Assembly: GCA_965287045.1 (NCBI GenBank)
Contig: OZ336870.1
Span: 151,342,001 to 151,406,000 of the forward strand
Origin: Carcharhinus amblyrhynchos
Taxonomy: Eukaryota
DNA: 64,000 nucleotides
Reading direction: 5' to 3'
The first letter of the stretch is position 1. Every line of letters starts with the position of its first letter. Position numbers and translations under genes: made by a program. The notes beneath the pieces are model-generated. The model was not told where the DNA came from, did no database searches, and saw nothing but the letters and a program-made list of their open reading frames with translations. Positions 35,101 through 49,440 of the stretch are shown here, piece after piece.

Positions 35101-37354
35101 CATTATGTGGATTAACTTTTCTATTAATATAACAGACAAAATCAATTCTGCAGCAGCAATCTTTCTCATTCACCCGATATTTGGTTAGTTTCTTCATTTT
35201 TCTCAGGTTACGTTAACCATGATAAAAGCTTAATAGTTATGCGAGCACTTGCTGCAGTTTAGTCAGGTTCAAAAAAAAATTCTGTGTTGCTGTTTTTGGT
35301 GCAACTTGCTGAATATGAGTCAGTTGCAAAGAGTTGATGCAGACAATTTAATAGTAGGATGTTAGCAGATCAGCTGCCTATTTTACATCTCTCCAAGTTT
35401 CATTTCCATTGTCTTCAGTGGAAGGGAAGTCTGGAGAGATCTTTAATGGGTGACTAATCAATATTTTTCATTTTACCCTATCATCAAAATATTAAAGTCC
35501 CCTATAGGAGTTTTATTTGGTGATGTGCTGTACCTGCCTAAGAGATAACTGAATTGCAAACTGGTGCAAACTTCTACCCATTGCATATAAATTATGCACA
35601 ACTAATATGAATAGACAGTATAAAAACACTGGAAGACAATGTCTCATTCTCTTACAGTCCCATAATCTTTATTGTGAACCATCATCTAAACAAAAAAGAG
35701 CAAAAAGTCTGCTCTTTTTGTCTTGCAGCTTTCTGTAAGCCATTCTTTATTTTTTTCCCCCTTTTGAGCCCTAACATCTCTTTGTGTTTAAAGTCAGTAG
35801 TTCAACTGGATGCTTGTGATTTGTATGGGACTAATCTTGAGAGAGAGTAATGAGCATTTTTCATTTAGCGAGCTGTTGACAAGGCATTTAAACTAATGCT
35901 CTTAGAGGGTCATTAGCCTTTTCAGAGTTATTCGGATAGTTAGTGGAAACACTAAAACCCTGTGTCTTCAAGCCCTGATTAGTGACACTTTGATAAAGTC
36001 ATCTGAAGTTCCTTGGACTGAATTTTCTACCTTTTCTGCTGTTTCTATGGTCACTGTGAAACGACCTGTATTCAGGCTTTTATGCAATCTTTTTAAATGC
36101 AACTCGTTTAAGAGTTTTGTGTAATTCTGTGCCTAAAATTTCCCACTTGGCCTCAAAAAGTGTATTTATGAACAGCAACAACAGCATTTTTTTCCCTCCC
36201 CCTTCAGTTTTCTTAAAGTGACAGGGATTGACTAAACAGAGCCTTTTAAGTTGACAAAAGGTTCAGGAAATCTTTACACATTTTATTGCCGAAAGTTTCA
36301 CAAGGGCCAAAGGAAACAAAGACGTTTCTCTTCCACTTGATTTGATAGGAAGGCGAGGATGAAGTTTGGGGCCGAGATATATCTTAACATTCCCTGAATT
36401 TTTCTAAGCAGAAAAAATACTATGGCTAATCAGTCACAATCAAATCATTCATGGCTATCTCAGATAGAAGGGATTAATGCATTATGTATTGGATAACGAG
36501 CAGACTCAACATTTGAAACACGTGAGAACTCAGTAAAAAAAATGACTGCTGGGAGTTGTTTCACAGGAGATGCAGAGTCAGGTCATTGACTTGATTTTCA
36601 TGGGAAGACTGACTAAGGACTGGGAGCTTTCAGAGTGTGAGTAGCGCAGTATTGACAGCTGCAGTTTTGGGAGGGGAGTGTGCAGCATTGTGACATGCTT
36701 TGTTGAGAAAAAACAAGAGATGGTTTGAACAAAGATGTGAATGGAAACACTGGGTTCTGTGTCCCATCACTGACTGACTCCAACTTGTTACTGCTTGGTA
36801 AATCATTACTTCTCCAATATAAATTATTACATAGCAGGGGCAGTCACAAAACAAACAAATGTTTATCTGTTTGTACAAAAACAAATGCTCCTCTGCATAC
36901 TTAGAGAACTGCTGGAGTTCTAGCTGCTTCTTTTGTAGCAAGGTATTGTTGGAAGAAATACTTGTTTAAAGTTTACAGCTTGCTTTGGAAACTACCTATT
37001 TTCACAGATCGTGTTGACTGGAACTTTTCTTGGCTATGAAGAAAGAAAGCTTTCTCAAGTTTTGTTCATATTAATTTATGTAGATTTTTAAAGTTTTGCT
37101 GCATAACTCATACCCTTTGTGATAGAATGTTGTTTCAAGAAAGTCTCGATTTTTGCTTGACCTTGAAGAGAAAGGTTGTTGACATGGTCCCTTATTTTGG
37201 CTTTGAAATTGGAACTATGAAAACATCCATTGGCGCACAACTAACTCCTCTGTTCAAAATAGATTCAAATGTGGATGCAGCAGCATTGCTGATCTCAAAG
37301 GGACAGAATTACCAAAAAAAGTCTGTAAATATGACACTTAAGGAAAGTTACTTT

Positions 37355-37597
37355 TTTTTTAATTTCACAGATATGGGCTTTACTAGCAAGGTTGGCATTT
37401 ATTGCCCAAACCTAGTTCCTCCCGACTAGCTAATACAGAAGTGCCACAATGCTGTTAGATCTGGGGTTCCAAGGTTTTGACTCGATGATGATGAAGGAGT
37501 TCCAATATCTTCTTAAGTTAGGAAGATATGCAATTTGGAGGGGAACTTGAAAGCAGAGGTGTTCCCATTTACCTGCACCTCATTTCCTTCTAAGCAG
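37355..37597 (-). mobile_element. 3' end of a shark CR1-type LINE
   Basis: ggcatttattgccca...gttccaaggttttgactc...ttggaggggaacttg...gtgttcccatttacctgc...ccttcta is the reverse complement of the 25775-26070 type. Confidence 0.7.
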
Positions 37598-40029
37598 CAT
37601 CCACATAGTTTCTAGTTTGACTTACTTGTGCTTTTGCAATTATTTAACTATTACTGGGATAAATAAAAACAAGTGAAATATTTGCAGCAATTTATCCTTC
37701 ATTATCTGATACCAAGTTTGTCTAGCATCCTGAGATCGTTAATCTGCTTTTGCTTGGTTACTTTATGTTAACCATGGAAAGGATGTTCTTCAACCCTTCT
37801 GCTCACCTAGGTGAGCAACTGCACAAGCAACATTGCAAAGATATCTTTTCAGGTGTGTAAGTAGACAATATGCAAGAATATAATCTCAGCAGAATTTCTA
37901 GCTTTATCTTGGTTGTAGGAATGATTGCACTCTACTTTTGAGAACATAGCACTTCTGAAAATATTCATAAGACTTAAGTTATTTCATAATTCACTATTTA
38001 ACCAACTAACAACTACAGATTTACCAAAGCAAATGTTTCTGTATTTTTGTTTGTTGAACAGTACTGCTAATAGGGCTCCAGTTTTAGTCAGAAGTATTAT
38101 CAGTATCTGATGATTAAAATCAACAGCAGTTGATTCTCCTCCAGGAGTCCGGAAAATTCCCAAATGGGCTTGTCCGCCACAGCAGAAAGTTCCAGGAAAG
38201 GTGGTATTTTCATTTTGGGACAAGAAGTGCAAGCTGCAGTTGGGTCAACTGACCTGGGAAGAAGTTCAGAGGCTGCCACAGTGAGCTGGTTAAAAGACTC
38301 ACCTTGGTATTTTGGGTCTTTGTCCCAGCTGTAATGAAAATAAGTAAGGGCCTCTAGCCCTCACTCCCTGCACAATTCCCATACCCACATCCATGACACC
38401 TCATGCAATCCCATCTAACCCTATGGTCCCTCCCAAATTATGCCCCACACCAAGGCTTATTATGCATTCTTAGCTGAGAGCCGAGAATCCATTAGATTAT
38501 TGAAACAGCTGAGCTGGGAAGACATTTCTTGATTGACATTTCAGGCTTTCTGATCTATTCTGTCAATTACACCACGTTTAGTTATACAAGATAAAAGGGG
38601 TTCCAAGTGCTTGCAGTTTTTGCTATTATTGCTTTAAAATGTCTAGATGATTGATACTTTTATTGCTGTGTAGTAAAAAGGAGATTTTTTTAAAGAAAGT
38701 GAACAATACATGACTTTTTAAAATCTTTCTTTACATATACTATTGTCACTGTAGAGTTCATTGGTCTTTACAGTGTGTAGTAGGTGAATGGGTATAGAAG
38801 TGCCATAGCTTTCCATGGGGGAGGGGCACATGAGAGCAGCGGGAAGTCTGGTTGAGGGCTGTACCTTGGCAAGAGAACATGAGAGGTTGTGGGGTGGGGG
38901 GGGGGGGGACGACATACCTTGGCATGGAGGGGTGCCATGAGGACTGCTTTAGAACTTACCTTTCAAAAGATTCTCTCGTATGGTTCTGAAAAGACTGGCC
39001 TGACACCATGAAAACTGTGGAGGAGTAGGTCAGGTCTATCTCTCAGTGGAGCCTGCCAAGTTTGCGAGCCATACTGATGTGCACTGATCTTGCATAGCTG
39101 TCATAAGGAGAGATGTAATAGCAGCCTGTTAAAGTGCTTCCTGTCTGTTTGTGCTTTCATTCTCAACCTGGGTATTACTGGCAATAAAAAGGATTGGGTT
39201 GCTAGGCCATGTCAATGCTTGCACATGTACTTCCTGATTTGCTCCTGCAAGGTTGATTTTAAGCTAGAAATAAACAGGGTTCCCAAGTTTAACTTGCTGT
39301 AAGATGCTGGAGTTGTTATGTAAGATATTTTCACTTGTTTGAGCAAAAGGTTCAAATCAATTTTTAGTTTGTGTTCATATTTAAATTGTGGAAATGTGTC
39401 TGTGCAAAGGAATGGACAACAGTATTCTTGAGGTTTTTCAGCAACACCATGAGTAAAGCACTATTGAAGTTCAATTTCATCATAAATAAGCACATGATGT
39501 GTCTGAGGTTAATCCACTGGTGTGATCTTCCTGGAGGTGGCTAATTAAAAGCTCACTGTACAATTAAGGATTGTAAGCAGGTGGGAAAACCAAACAGAGT
39601 GCCTGAGGCTATGAGCGGCAGGTGCTAATATAGTAGAATCCTGAGGTCACCTCATGGTAGAGTTGCCCCCTGAAGATTTTTGAATTTGTTAAAATAAAGC
39701 ATGACCACAGCTGCCAGACCATCAAAGGTAGAACACTCCACTGGATAGCCTGTGCCCTTGGCCTTTGCTCCTCTCAGATTCAGGGATTTACACCAGCCCT
39801 GCTCTGCACATTATCCTGCCCCATCCATGCATCATGTTGATCAACAGCTAACATGGGTGCGCAAACTGATGACATTTTTGGCAGGCAACTTCATATCTTA
39901 AATCAGGCACCCTCCATTCTGCAGCGGACAATCTTCCTGTACCTAACTTCTGGTAAATTAAAATGGTTAGGTCAGAATGAATTACTGACATCACCTTAAA
40001 ATTCATCTCTACCTTTACCATTTCCATCA

Positions 40030-40033
<4 letters not shown>

Positions 40034-40073
<40 letters not shown>

Positions 40074-40112
40074 GGGGGGGGGGGGGCGGCGGGGTGGTGG
40101 TGGCGGCGGCGG
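40034..40112. repeat. (TG)19 microsatellite joined to a G16 run and GGY triplets
   Basis: TG repeat at 40034-40071, poly-G at 40071-40086, then cggcggggtggtggtggcggcggcgg. Confidence 0.95.
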
Positions 40113-40235
40113 ATGTTAAAATGCCCCTTGATCTTTTTGATTTATGTTACCTCTGTTTCCACGCACACAATTTGTTTAGGCATGTTTGTTGTAGGTGTAT
40201 AGTAGCAGTATCATATCAGTTTCATCAGTCCCATT

Positions 40236-40387
40236 TTTGATTTATTTGATTTGATTAATTGTTGTCACATGTATATCGGTATTCAGTGAAAAGTATTGTT
40301 GCTTGCGCGTGAAACAGATAAAGTATATCGTTCATAGACTACGTAGGGAGAAGGAGAGGGTACAGAATGTAGTGTTACAGTCATAGG
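40236..40387 (-). mobile_element. Rex1/Babar-like LINE 3' tail fragment
   Basis: (tttga)n tail followed by ttgtcacatg...cagtgaaaagtattg...aaagtatatcgttcataga...cagaatgtagtgttacagtcatag, homologous to 62682-62815. Confidence 0.75.
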
Positions 40388-42218
40388 TTGGTTTCCTGCA
40401 TGCTTCCAATTATACAGAAAATACAAAAATTCTATTTTTCAGTATTATACTGTAGAAAGTATGTCTTTCTAAACTGAAAAGTGCAGATGGTACCTCAGGA
40501 GTTAATAAGTAACTGGTGCAATAATTGTTTTGTTCTTTATAGAATTTGTAAAAACAATGCAGTGCAAAATCCTGTTTCTATTTATGTAGAAGCACTATTT
40601 GATAATCTTAGTTATTATTTCCTTCCTTTATGTGACGGTAGGTTGACAATAAATGTGAGAAAAATAGTGGAAAATGGTTCTTAGACAAATATCTCTTAAA
40701 AATAATTGGGAACAGTAACAAGGATTGTATCAGAGCTGATGTTTCACTCAGTTAGTTGATTAGCTGCTTTGTCTCGTGTTAGTTTTGCAAGTATCTTAAT
40801 GTGGAGCAAGATATTCTGAAATACACAACGTATTAAAACAAAATTGCATGCTCAGTCAGATTCTGCTAATTCCAAGTGTGCCAGGAGGATGCATAAATTA
40901 CATGTTTTCATTGTGTCTGCAGAATGTAAACATTTTAAAGTCTGTATGAAGTCTGGTACTTAGAGGCTGCATGCGGATAGAAATTTTCTGTTAGAGATTT
41001 TCCTTGATTGACATCAAGAATTTACCTCCACTCATTCATGGTGCCTCAGTGGGTGAAATTTCTAAAGATTATTCAAATTGCATTCTGCGACGTATACAAA
41101 TTATAACAAGGGAACGCCAATTAACCATTCCCAACACTTGCAGAAATTCAACACTGCTTAAAACTCTGCAAACTACAATACTGTGAAAGCAAGATGGACT
41201 TTGTTTTTGCCTCATGTGGACTGCATATTCTGTACCTTGTTGCAAGTCGGCAAATGTTACAGATCTGGAAGTGTTGCTAAATGTACTGGCTAGAGAAGCA
41301 GGTGAACTTGAACACCTTTGTGGAATAGAGAACTAGGTTTCCATTTCTTTTCCAGTTAGGATCACAGTATTACATTGCAGAATTATCCAAACGTGAGTGC
41401 AGGAAACCTTTCAGGACCCATCAGTGAACCATCTTAATTAGCAATTTATTAAGAGATCATTGATTATTGCAGACTGACTTACTAATGGAGTCAGTCACCT
41501 CGTTTTCTATCTTTCCTTTGCCAGGCATGTTTTGAGTCAGTTCAATCCGAAAGAGATCTCAATTGCAAGCATCTTTCTAATGTTTAGGGATACATGGTGC
41601 TTAAGATTAATTGACTTCAATAAACAAACATGCATAGTATTAACTCTTCAAAATAAATGACCATATTTGTGCTGGAATTATGAAGTAGTGCAGGTTTCAG
41701 TTAAACCACTCATCAAAAATTAAATCAATTAATTAAAAATGAAAGGATTAAACTGAGTAACCATACAGCAGATTAACAACATTCCTCCTTCCTCAAGGCA
41801 TACCTCTTAAATGTTTGTATTTATCTTGCTTACTAGTGGGAACTTTGGATGAGAAGGAAGTATTTAAGGAGGAGGAGTTGATAAATCATGCGTCATAAAT
41901 CAATAGTAAGAACTTTCTGCTAAGCATACTGGCAGACTGTGTACCATTTTGTATTATATATGCAGATTGATAACCTTTATCTGAAACCTTTGGGGTCAAT
42001 TATATTTTGGTTTTCAGATGTTTTTGGTTTTTGGACCTACCATCTACACAGTAAGCAAAAGACTACAGGCATTAGAATAGCCGATGCCTTGGAAAGCTAG
42101 TGTTGACAAATATTAGCTTGTTTCTCCTTTTGTTGACTTTCAGACACCCTACTTCTTACCTGCTAATCCTAATTATGACTGTAAAATAATATTACATTTC
42201 TTTCCTAATGTAGAAGTA

Positions 42219-42322
42219 AGAATGTGCAAACTCCACACAGACAGTGACTCGAGCTGGGAATTGAACCCCGGTCCCTGGAGCTGTGAAGCAGCAGTGCTAA
42301 ACACTGTGCTACTGTGCCACCC
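42219..42322 (-). mobile_element. HE1-type SINE 5' fragment
   Basis: aatgtgcaaactccacacagacagtgactcgagctgggaattgaaccccggtccctggagctgtgaagcagcagtgctaaacactgtgctactgtgccaccc. Confidence 0.85.
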
Positions 42323-42464
42323 TGTTCCTATAGTGAGGTTTTTCCATCAACAGGTCACCAGCCTGTCGCAAGAGGCTTATAGCTTGAGGGACAACACTCC
42401 ACGTCAAGCATGTTGACCGCCTGACTCTTCTGCTCTTATTGCCTGACATTGGCATGTTGGAAGG

Positions 42465-42598
42465 ATTTCACCTGCTACTTAACCTGTTGGCTGCATTATG
42501 AATGCACTTTCCATGTCTACCAAGTCCTGTCACGAGACTCAAATCTGGAGCTTTCGATTCAGAAGGAGCAACACTATCCACCAAGCAACAAGACCTCA
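42465..42598 (-). mobile_element. Degenerate tRNA-derived SINE head of another family
   Basis: The minus strand begins gaggtcttgttgcttggtggatagtgttgctccttctgaatcgaaagctccagatttgagtctc, with tRNA A/B box-like spacing. Confidence 0.45.
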
Positions 42599-43734
42599 AG
42601 TAGTGCTTGAGGAAGAAAAAAACATGAATTATGACTGAAATTCTCTGTCCTGGCTTGCAGTTGGGACTTTCTGGTGCTGCTGAGAGTGAATAGAGTTTTG
42701 GCGGGGGCACCAAATTTTCCATTCTTGCTGGCAACAGGTCATGCCACAGATGAGACTGGAGAATCTGCCTTGTGTCATTTTGTGTTATTCAGCCTTTTAT
42801 TTGCTGTGTTTAAAAAACCACACCATAATGGAACATAACAGCACATACATCTTTGGATCTGGGAGTGTACCATTGGACTGTTCAGCTTTTTGGGCCTTGT
42901 TAAAGGATCATCTTTTACTCATTTATGACAATGAGGCAGTAATCGCTAACATCCAGCAATGCTATTCCTCTGTTTTAAATTTATTTTCTTTTTTATTGCG
43001 AATAAAGAAACCTCATCAGCATGCAAACTTTAAAGATAAAAAGCAGAACAGAAAGTGGAGGAAATAAATGAAAACATGATGCCAGAAAAGTACAGCAAGC
43101 CCATCAGCAGATGAATACAACAAGAAAGCAGCAGATTATTTCAGTTAATGGTAACGTGTCTTTTATTTCTTCAGATGCTCATAGACCTATTCCACATTTC
43201 CATCATTTTCTGTTTTTGTTTTTAAAATTGAAAGCACTTAGCTGCCTTGACAAGGAAGCCTCACCATCAGTGTTCCAATTCATAATTCTGCTAATCTTTA
43301 ACACTCTTTATTTATCTATTTTTGTTGGGCTTTAGTTTGAAAGCTGTTTCCCAATTCTGCCCCCTTTTGAGTTAGCTGGTCTTGGCTAGGGTATACAATT
43401 CCATGAGCACCAGCTGCCATTTGGTACCTTGCCAATGCAGTAGACCTCCATGAGTAAGCAGTGATTGTCAGCAAGTCATTCCATCACAACAGAACCCAGA
43501 GCTGTCCTTATCCTATTCGGACACACATTCACTTTCCCACTGGCTATGGATGAGGAATGGAAACACAGCTGAGTCCTCCCTATTGGACTCAAGACACAAA
43601 CGCCAATTGTGGTGCAATTACTGTTGTTCTGGCTGAGATCACCGGATGGGATCAATTCTTGGACACGTTTTGTATGTCCTCCCACAATACTTTTGTAAAT
43701 GAATAACTTGAAACTTTTTTTAAAACCGATCACA

Positions 43735-44239
43735 GAAGTGCAGAGGAGGTTTACTAGGCTGATACCGGAGTTGAGGGGGTTGAGCTATGAGGAGAGGCTG
43801 AATAAACTGGGCTTGTACTCGTTAGAGTTTAGAAGAATGAGGGGAGATCTCATTGAGACGTATAAGATAATGAATGGGATGGATAGGATAGAGGTGGAGA
43901 GACTCTTCCCGCTCAAAAAAGACAGTAGGACTAGGGGGCACAGCCTCAAGATAAAAGGGGGGCGGTTTAGAACGGAGTTGAGGAGGAACTTCTTCACTCA
44001 AAGGGTGGTGAATCTCTGGAATTCTCTGCCCGTTGAAGTGGTGGAGGCTGCCTCGCTAAATATTTTTAAGACGCGGGTTGATGGGTTTTTGATAAGAGAG
44101 GGGATTAAGGGTTATGGGGAGAGGGCGGGAAAGCGGAACTGAGCAGCAACAGATCAGCCATGATCTTATTGAATGGCAGGGCAGGCTCGAAGGGCTAGAT
44201 GGCCTACTCCTGCTCCTATTTCTTATGTTCTTATGTTCT
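43735..44239 (+). mobile_element. Young 5'-truncated CR1 LINE (ORF2 C-terminus plus 3' UTR)
   Basis: The frame EVQRRFTRLIPELRGLSYEERLNKLGLYSLEFRRMRGDLIETYK...RTRGHSLK...RRNFFTQRVVNLWNSLP is uninterrupted to the stop at 44142 and is the classic CR1 ORF2 C-terminus. The 3' UTR ends in (TCTTATGT)n. Confidence 0.95.
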
Positions 44240-47200
44240 AATCATGTGAGGCTTAATATACGCAACTAGAATTTCACAGTTACTGAATCAGTTAATGACC
44301 ATAATTACTGATGAAAGCTCAACTCACTCATACTTTTGGCATATAAGTTTTCCTGGATGAGCAACCTTGTTAAGGTATCAAATGTTTCCCACAAACCAAA
44401 ATACCAGAGCATCCTTCAAAACCAACTGAAATAATTTGACGCTTCTCATGTCTGAGTAGGCTGATATAATGTGCGGTGATATGGTTTTCAACCATAGAGA
44501 CCAGGAAGTGACAGTTTCATTCTCTATCTATTTTCAGTTAGTTAATCCCATTAGCTCCAGATTGGGGTGCACTGGAAGTGTTTGCAGGAGCTATGGGGGG
44601 AGGGAGAAGGAAAAGAATTAGCCAGAGTTCTTCTTTGTAATTGCTGATTTGCTTGAGCGGACCTGAGGTGAGCCAGAATTAGGCCTAGCAATATCGCCTT
44701 GGTGTGCCATAAGTTATTATACAAGGCACATGAAAAGTGGACATTTGAGTAAGGTTCCAGAAAGTCATTGCCACATTCACAGTGGTACCTGGTAATAGCT
44801 CCACATACTTCCATTGCATGGTCAATAATCAGTTGGAAATTCTTATTTCTTGATGGCCAATCTCAATCATGTTCATGTGGGAATTATCATAAATTTAATA
44901 TTAATTTGCTGTTCCTTAATTTATCAACTTAATTGATCTTGGTAACTTTCAAGTGCCGTTTGAAATGTGAATGTACAAATGGATAAGATTCAGAGTTGAT
45001 GATTTATTTTGTCCCAAGCTGCTAATTTCAGAACGAAATGCAAATTTAATATAGATGCAGATCATTCATCTTGTCATTACGGATAGAACAATGAAGGAGA
45101 TGGGATTTTCTTTGTGATGGTTTTGTATGCTTCAAAAAAAACAGCATCTGCTTCGCATTTCAGTGAGAGAGACAAAGGAATCTGGGGGACATGATGGTTC
45201 GCAATAAAAGGGGGGAAATGGACTGCATTGAAATGTTCCTTAAAGTGGATCGATTCCTCCTAATCTGCATATTGTAACTGCTCAGATATTATGATGCTGG
45301 CTACAGATGGCCTATTTTCTGTGCAGACTCCACCCAGTGGATAACTGGATGATAAGTATGACTAATATCAAGCAAAGTCCTAATAAAATAAAGATGGGTG
45401 CCTGAAGGCTTCAGAATTAAATTGAAATGCGGATAAATGGGGAAAAAAGAATAAAAACACTTGCAATTTAATTTTTAGCCAACATGTGCCTTCTGTGTTC
45501 CAATTTTTAATTCCCCAGTGGTGCTAGTATATTCACCTTTGCAAACAGTGATTCTCAGATGTTGAAAAAGGCAGAATTTTATGAGAGATGAACACTGATG
45601 TCATGGTTGGCTGCAAACATGGTAGAACTCATCCGGTACTGATCTTAAATGCAAAATACATGCTTCCCCTCAGCAAAGAGGAATTGCACAGCATTGTTTT
45701 CTTGCCAAACCTTCTGCTTGCCAGTCCCATGTGCTGCCATGTTTTTCTCCTGTATGAAAATCATGGTTCCCTTGGTTGTTGAGGTTTTGTCTGGTAATAT
45801 GGGCATTATCTTAGAACCAGTCGATGCTTATCCAGCTTTCCCTTTCAATCCCTTTGTCTGACTCTCCCTTTTTGATAAAGAGTCTTAAGAGAGCGGAGAA
45901 AACTCATTGCAAACAAAATTGGATATAAAACAACTACCCAATAATTTTTTGGCACTTCCTTATCTCAAATAGCTGCTTCAGGGGTTCATTAATTCATTAA
46001 CAATTGCAGGTTAATTTAATGTAGTCACCATATTGAGTTGTATGTTATTGTCAAGTATGATTAACCTGCAATATGCATATTAGTTTCTCCTATTGTTTTG
46101 CTAAGTGTGTAGAATAATGGGAATAAATTGCTTGTCTCAGAGGACTGGACTGTAATAAACAGAGTACAATACCACACCTTTAGAAAAATGCCTGTCAAAA
46201 GCTAATGTGAACAAGGCTTCCAAAATTTCAAATGTTGGTGCAAGCCAGATGAAATACATCTTCTGATGATTCTGACTGACTTCAAATACAAGTCTAGTTT
46301 GAACTGAGAAGCAACAATTAGAACCTCAGGTGCAAATGACAGCCCTGTATCGGACGGTTTATTAATTCTGAGCATGGCCCTGAGATTAGGCATAAACAGA
46401 AGCTAAGAATCTGGAACACATAAGCATCTAGACTTTCAAGTCGTAGATTCGAAAAGAGTAAAGTAACTTGCTTAAAGTGCCACTAATAGACAGGAATCAG
46501 CTTGAAACTCACACTGCCAGAGGCACCTCCAAATTCCAGTAGAATGGTTTGAATTATAGACTCAAAAAAACAAACCAAATGGTCAGAATCCAAGACACGC
46601 AAAGGCCACAATAATATCAGTTCAATCCAATTTTTTAAAAAAGTAAGAACAAAATGTGGAATCAAAATGTGAATAGATTTAAAGAGACTGCAGAGCTTGA
46701 TAGTAAGGCAATTCCACTGGAGAACAGACCTAACAGCTGACAAAGGTTTGCAGCAACAAAAATATTATTGCTCTGGTAATACCACATACCACAAGAAAAC
46801 CAAAAAGATTTCCAAAATCAGTCAGTTTTGATAAAAGTCTGCTGAAGAGCATACCTTTATGTGCATGATCCAATGCAGTGAGGACAGTTTGGTGACAGAA
46901 TATGTCCACTGAACAATCAGAAAAGCTACACATCCAGTGTAACTTTTATTAATTTTAACTCTGAAAGAATTTAGAAATCAGAAGTTAATCGTAGATAAAC
47001 CTCTGGATTAGAATTTGCATATCAAGTTTTAGTGAAATCATTCATGTGGCATTTTCCTTTAATTATTTTAACTATCTTCTGGGCATTGTGTGCATGTAAA
47101 CCAGTTGGGCAGTGGAACAGCTTGCACTCAATCTACACAGACATTGACCTCCCTGCTCTATTCATGGCACCCATGTTTTAGATATCGCAGCTTACACATC

Positions 47201-47559
47201 TACATTTGAGTGTGCTCCATGCTGAATATACGCACAAAGGTGCACCCACACCAAGATACCAAAATTGAACTACAGATTCTGGCAATACCGGAGTTGTCCA
47301 TACTTAAAGATAGCATGCTGAAACAAGATGAGCCCTGCAGAAGTATCATTTAAAGGACCAGACACTCTAGCTGTAGATAAGTAAAATTTATTGAATACCT
47401 TCCACTGGAAAATATTTGCCAGTACTCAGGAGTGTTATAGAAGCGTTTTGTCATCTTTGCTGCCAGAGTGTTGCTGCATCTTTAAAGGGATGGCAGAGAA
47501 GTAGGTGACCTGTTCTCTCTCTCTCACGTTGCAAAAGGTACGTTGCATCAATAACAGTG

Positions 47560-49440
47560 GGCTGGATTTTCAAGACTTCCCACACAATCTTCTGAGAGGT
47601 GGCCTCCTAATTGACTGCTTCCATGCTCGTCACCCAGTTAAGGAGAATGAACCGGTCCATTGATGCTGCTGGCCCAATCAGAGGCTTGGTAACTTAGGCT
47701 CTTTGATATCCCCCTAGGGAGATGAGTGTTACTGAGGTATGTTGGAGATCACAAGGGCACCTCAACACGAAGGCAACTCACTGGCTAACACAAAACGGTC
47801 ACATGGAAGACCCTCTGAAGATGGTACAGACATTGGCATGGAGTAGAAACCCTTCTGCAGGTTTGGGTACAGGCACTTTTGTGGTCTTTCCTCCACTGAT
47901 CTGCATTCGGGCATGTGGCCTCCAGTGTTAATGGTCCCTTGCTACCCCTGATTTGTTGGTGGTCTCCACACAAGGCAGAAGAGCTGCTCTGCTTGTGGGA
48001 AAGTTCCAGCGACATTACAAAAATGGTTCCTGATGGGGGCCTTAACCACTCTAATTGGTTGCATGCCTCATTGTAGTACACAACCAATCCTGCTATCAGC
48101 CTAACTCTGAGAATGTTTCCCAGCCTGCATCTTGGCTCCAACCCCATCTCCATGGATTGGCAGGTTGCTGGGGAGGTGGAGCAAAAGCTATGCAAAGAGC
48201 AAGCTCTGTGTGGTGCCCTTTGTCATGGAGCCAGGTACTCCCTGCTGCTTTCTGGAGAAGTGGCAAATGAAACATTCCGTATATCTGGGCTCCCTCAATC
48301 CTTGTGCTCAGCTGACTCACCATCTGCTGATCCCAACTTGATACTCAACTTGAAGGCCTGTCCAGTATCCAGATTTGAGTTGATGATTGCAATTGTCAGT
48401 TCAAGTGGCAAAGCCCCTTCATCAGTCATGTACTGTTGCTTTCTCTCTTTCACCAGGAACTAATGTGGCTGGGCAAGTGGCAGTCCTTGAGTGTCTGAAA
48501 ACAGGAAATTGGGAGGGGTAGGTTGGGGTGAGGAAAGGTCGTGGGTGGAAAGCAAGTGGTCCATGATCACACCATCTGCAATTTTCTCATCATGTTGGTT
48601 AACAGGCTGAGGTTGTACTGAGGAGTTGAGAAAAGATGTAATGCAGGAAGATGCCACGACCTTGGCGTTCCCAGTGATGTTGTGGGGCCCATCGCAGTCA
48701 GCTGTGTCACGATGCTGAAAACCATCTCTATAGGGATCAAGAGATGTAATCATCCTTGTCTCTGTTGGTTTTGCTCTGTTTGTTCCATTATTACTACCTT
48801 GCCCTGCAATGGAGAGGACAGAATGTCAGTTATTGTGTAGCGTTGTGCTTGGTGATGTGCCTGCCAATAGCTGGAGGCTATTGCAGGCTGTGAAAAGTAC
48901 ATATGAGGCATTTTGTGGATATGTGGTTGAGTTGGAGTACTTGGATGTTAGGCTGAGTACAGAGTGCTCATGAGTGTTGCTGGGTGAATGATGTAGATGT
49001 GGTGCACTGTGTGGCATGAACGGTTGTTAGAGCAGAGGTTACGTGAAGATTCATTCACTGACATTGACTCCTGCATGATGTCATTTAATGAGGGCCTGTG
49101 CTGCCAGTCCCTCTGTATTAACTGCAGCAGTTGACTTGCTGATTGTCTTCTGACACTTCCTTCTGAGGGCAGTTCTTGAGGGTCCCTCCCCATGGAAGAA
49201 TGGCATCTCTGCTCCTGCTCATCTGCAACGCGAATATCTCCAGTACTGAATCCATCTGGATTCTCCTGCGGTCCAGGTTTTCATTCGTCAGGAATTTCCA
49301 CTTTGGCAGTCTTTTTCCCTCACCTTCCCTCTAAGTGGCAGGCTGCTCGCACCACATGGTTAGTAAAAACATTGCTGGTATTGCCATCAATCCGTAGACC
49401 AGGTTTGCAGAATTGAGAAGACCAATGTTGAATGCCAGAT
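47560..49440 (-). mobile_element. Degenerate Harbinger-type DNA transposon remnant (possible Myb/SANT-like ORF relics)
   Basis: Starts with a gggctggattttc terminus. The minus-strand segment at about 49070-49190 resembles a decayed Myb/SANT motif (..W.QC.KKFNDL..). Heavily mutated, with approximate boundaries. Confidence 0.4.

Noticed and set aside
41962-42040. Tigger/MER46-like terminal sequence (cagattgataacctttatctgaaacctttgggg...)
   Set aside because: No matching second terminus was found.
43699-44142. Longest ORF (147 aa) as a host gene
   Set aside because: It is the CR1 ORF2 C-terminus fused by chance to an upstream flanking ATG.
47722-49416. Cluster of 60-136 aa ORFs
   Set aside because: They lie within a GC-richer decayed transposon relic and form no coherent protein.
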